Shown: positions 30,749-32,000 of the stretch, one piece after another
Numbering within the stretch: position 1 is the first letter of the stretch
How the letters are laid out: the number at the start of each line of letters is the position of its first letter
Origin: Candidatus Saccharimonadota bacterium
Lineage (GTDB): Bacteria > Patescibacteriota > Gracilibacteria > BD1-5 > UBA2023
Length of the DNA stretch: 32,000 bases
Direction: 5' to 3'
Assembly (NCBI GenBank): GCA_042852035.1
Contig: BAAFHK010000003.1
Location: forward strand, 180,001 to 212,000
Made by a program: the position numbers and the translations under genes
The notes under the pieces: model-generated
The model's input: only the letters and a program-made list of their open reading frames with translations
The model's database searches: none
What the model was told of the DNA's origin: nothing

Positions 30749-31348
30749 TTATTCGAAAAGAGATTTCCATCATTTCAGATAGTATCGACGAGAAAGTACG
30801 AGAAGTACAAAGGTGATGTTTGCGATGAAAAGGTAAATCCAAAAGAGAGAATTTTCAAAAGTAACTTTCTCTATTGAAAGCAGGGTGAAGACTTGAGTAA
30901 TCCCCGGGATGAAGTAGGATATTGTTGTTTCTGACCAAGGAGCAATCCATCCTTTTTTAAATGCAGGAAGATAGGCAACGAAATCTACGGTAATAGTAAT
31001 AATAACAGTGTTCGTAATGTTCTTTGAGAAAAACCAGTAGCTAATCATGAATAGAGCAAGAATAAGGCAAAACCAGTCAAACCAGTTTATTTGAATACGT
31101 TTAAAGTGAATAATCCCAAAAATGATAAAAACAAAATTGGATACAAGCATGAGTAAGGACGGAATGAGCGCAAGAAATTCTCCAGAGAGAAATATAACAT
31201 AGGTATTAAATCATACGAGTATGGTCCATATCCCAAAGGTAATCGGATGAGGATATGATCTTCACCTCAATATATCGCTATAATAAGGAATATTTCATCA
31301 GACTACAAGTATGCTACTGAGGAATGCAAAAAAAATCTCTAGAGTCAT
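30749..31348 (-). CDS. integral membrane protein, function unknown (intact paralog)
   Basis: Track ORF 30770..31150 extends upstream through TGA codons (31211, 31262, 31295, 31298) to ATG 31346-31348, and downstream through TGA 30770 to TAA 30749-30751 (199 aa, about 6 TM helices). The C-terminus ...SRRYYLKGWKSLFE is shared with the neighbour (...SRRYYLKGWKGIFQ). Confidence 0.6.
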
Positions 31349-31424
31349 GTATTGTGGCTAATATCGAAGTCGGAACCTTCTGATAAAATGAGAGTGACTT
31401 GAGCTTATCTCCTATATAACTCAT

Positions 31425-32000
31425 TTATTTTATTTTCTTCTTATTCACGTACCACTGTTGGGCGATGACAAAAAGTGTACCAATAAACCAGTACAATCCT
31501 ACACCAAGAGGGAAAAATAGTGCGGTAACCCCAATCATTACGGGGAATACATAGAGCATTGATTTCTGCATCATTTGAGGATCAAGTGCAAGTTCAGGGG
31601 TCTCGCCTTCTTTCTTCTCAGTTTTTTTCTCTTCTTTTTTTGCTGGAGGATTATAGGCGAATGAAAGCTTTGCCTGAAGATATTGGAGTCAAGCAAGGAT
31701 AAGAGCAAAAATATTGCCCACCACACCCCCTATCTGTTTCAGGTCGATTCAGTAAAAATTTGTATTGATGGATGTAGGATCAAACTCTTTAAAGAAGCTA
31801 TAGAGGTGGTAGAAATTTGAAGGATCGGTAATGCTTGATACTACCCAGTATAGGCCTATGAGAATCGGCATTTGTATAAGAAGAGGGAGGCATGATCCCA
31901 TTGGAGAGACTCATTCTTTTTTGTAGAGTTCCAGCATTTCCATGCCAAGCTTTGCCTGATTATCCCTTTTTTCTTCAGGGGTAGCTCCCCCAGCATACTT
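31425..32000 (-). CDS. yidC: membrane protein insertase YidC (3' part; 5' end beyond the window)
   Basis: The minus-strand translation runs to the window edge: ...[38 protein letters not shown]...MLYVFPVMIGVTALFFPLGVGLYWFIGTLFVIAQQWYVNKKKIK, with TAA at 31425-31427. GCLP.LIQ.PI and the LYW motifs are YidC/Oxa1 hallmarks. Confidence 0.85.

Noticed and set aside
1-32000. By-eye scan for tRNA (GTTCGAATC-type T-loops), rRNA, CRISPR arrays, transposase inverted repeats and riboswitch-like leaders.
   Set aside because: Nothing convincing was found. Intergenic space is very short throughout. A by-eye scan can miss small RNAs, so tRNAscan-SE or Infernal should still be run.

Overview
AT-rich, gene-dense bacterial chromosomal segment (about 35 genes by hand annotation) that is only coherent if TGA is read as glycine (translation table 25). 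This points to Gracilibacteria or Absconditabacteria/SR1 of the Candidate Phyla Radiation. Under the standard code uvrA, pepA, comM, recF, secF, trxB and others look shattered. With TGA=Gly all are full length, and the TGA codons fall on conserved glycines (FDAGG of the M17 peptidase, LSGGE of UvrA, several P-loops). All coordinates below come from re-joining the six-frame track by hand under code 25.

Content, left to right:
- polytopic membrane protein, pepA, comF, uvrA (+)
- methyltransferase, DUF4256, GNAT, trxB, PH-domain membrane protein, tsaB, comM (-)
- VirD4-like coupling ATPase, membrane PP2C phosphatase, VirB4-like ATPase (+)
- degenerate polyprenyl-synthase-like ORFs and DUF167 (-), mtaB-like (+)
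- small membrane protein, thioredoxin-fold protein, polysaccharide pyruvyl transferase (-), ssb (+)
- standalone VirB4-N-terminal-like protein and PrgI/VirB3-like protein (-), secF (+)
- pilin-like membrane protein (-), recF, large Ig/FN3 surface protein, rpmH, rnpA (+)
- two tandem membrane-protein paralogs (one frameshifted) and the 3' part of yidC (-)

No rRNA, tRNA, CRISPR array, transposase or integrase was recognised by eye.

Most interesting observations:
1. A 9-mer, TGTCGAAGT, occurs 11 times exactly, all on the + strand, in genes of both orientations and in all three reading frames. It often forms helically phased (10-11 bp) tandem arrays inside conserved genes. This looks like a DNA-level polar or uptake/binding signal.
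2. A chromosomal, relaxase-less T4SS-like ATPase pair has a sensor-type PP2C phosphatase translationally wedged between the two ATPases. A second PrgI-like plus truncated VirB4-like module lies 5 kb away.

Limits: everything is hand translation and by-eye motif recognition. No searches or statistics were run.
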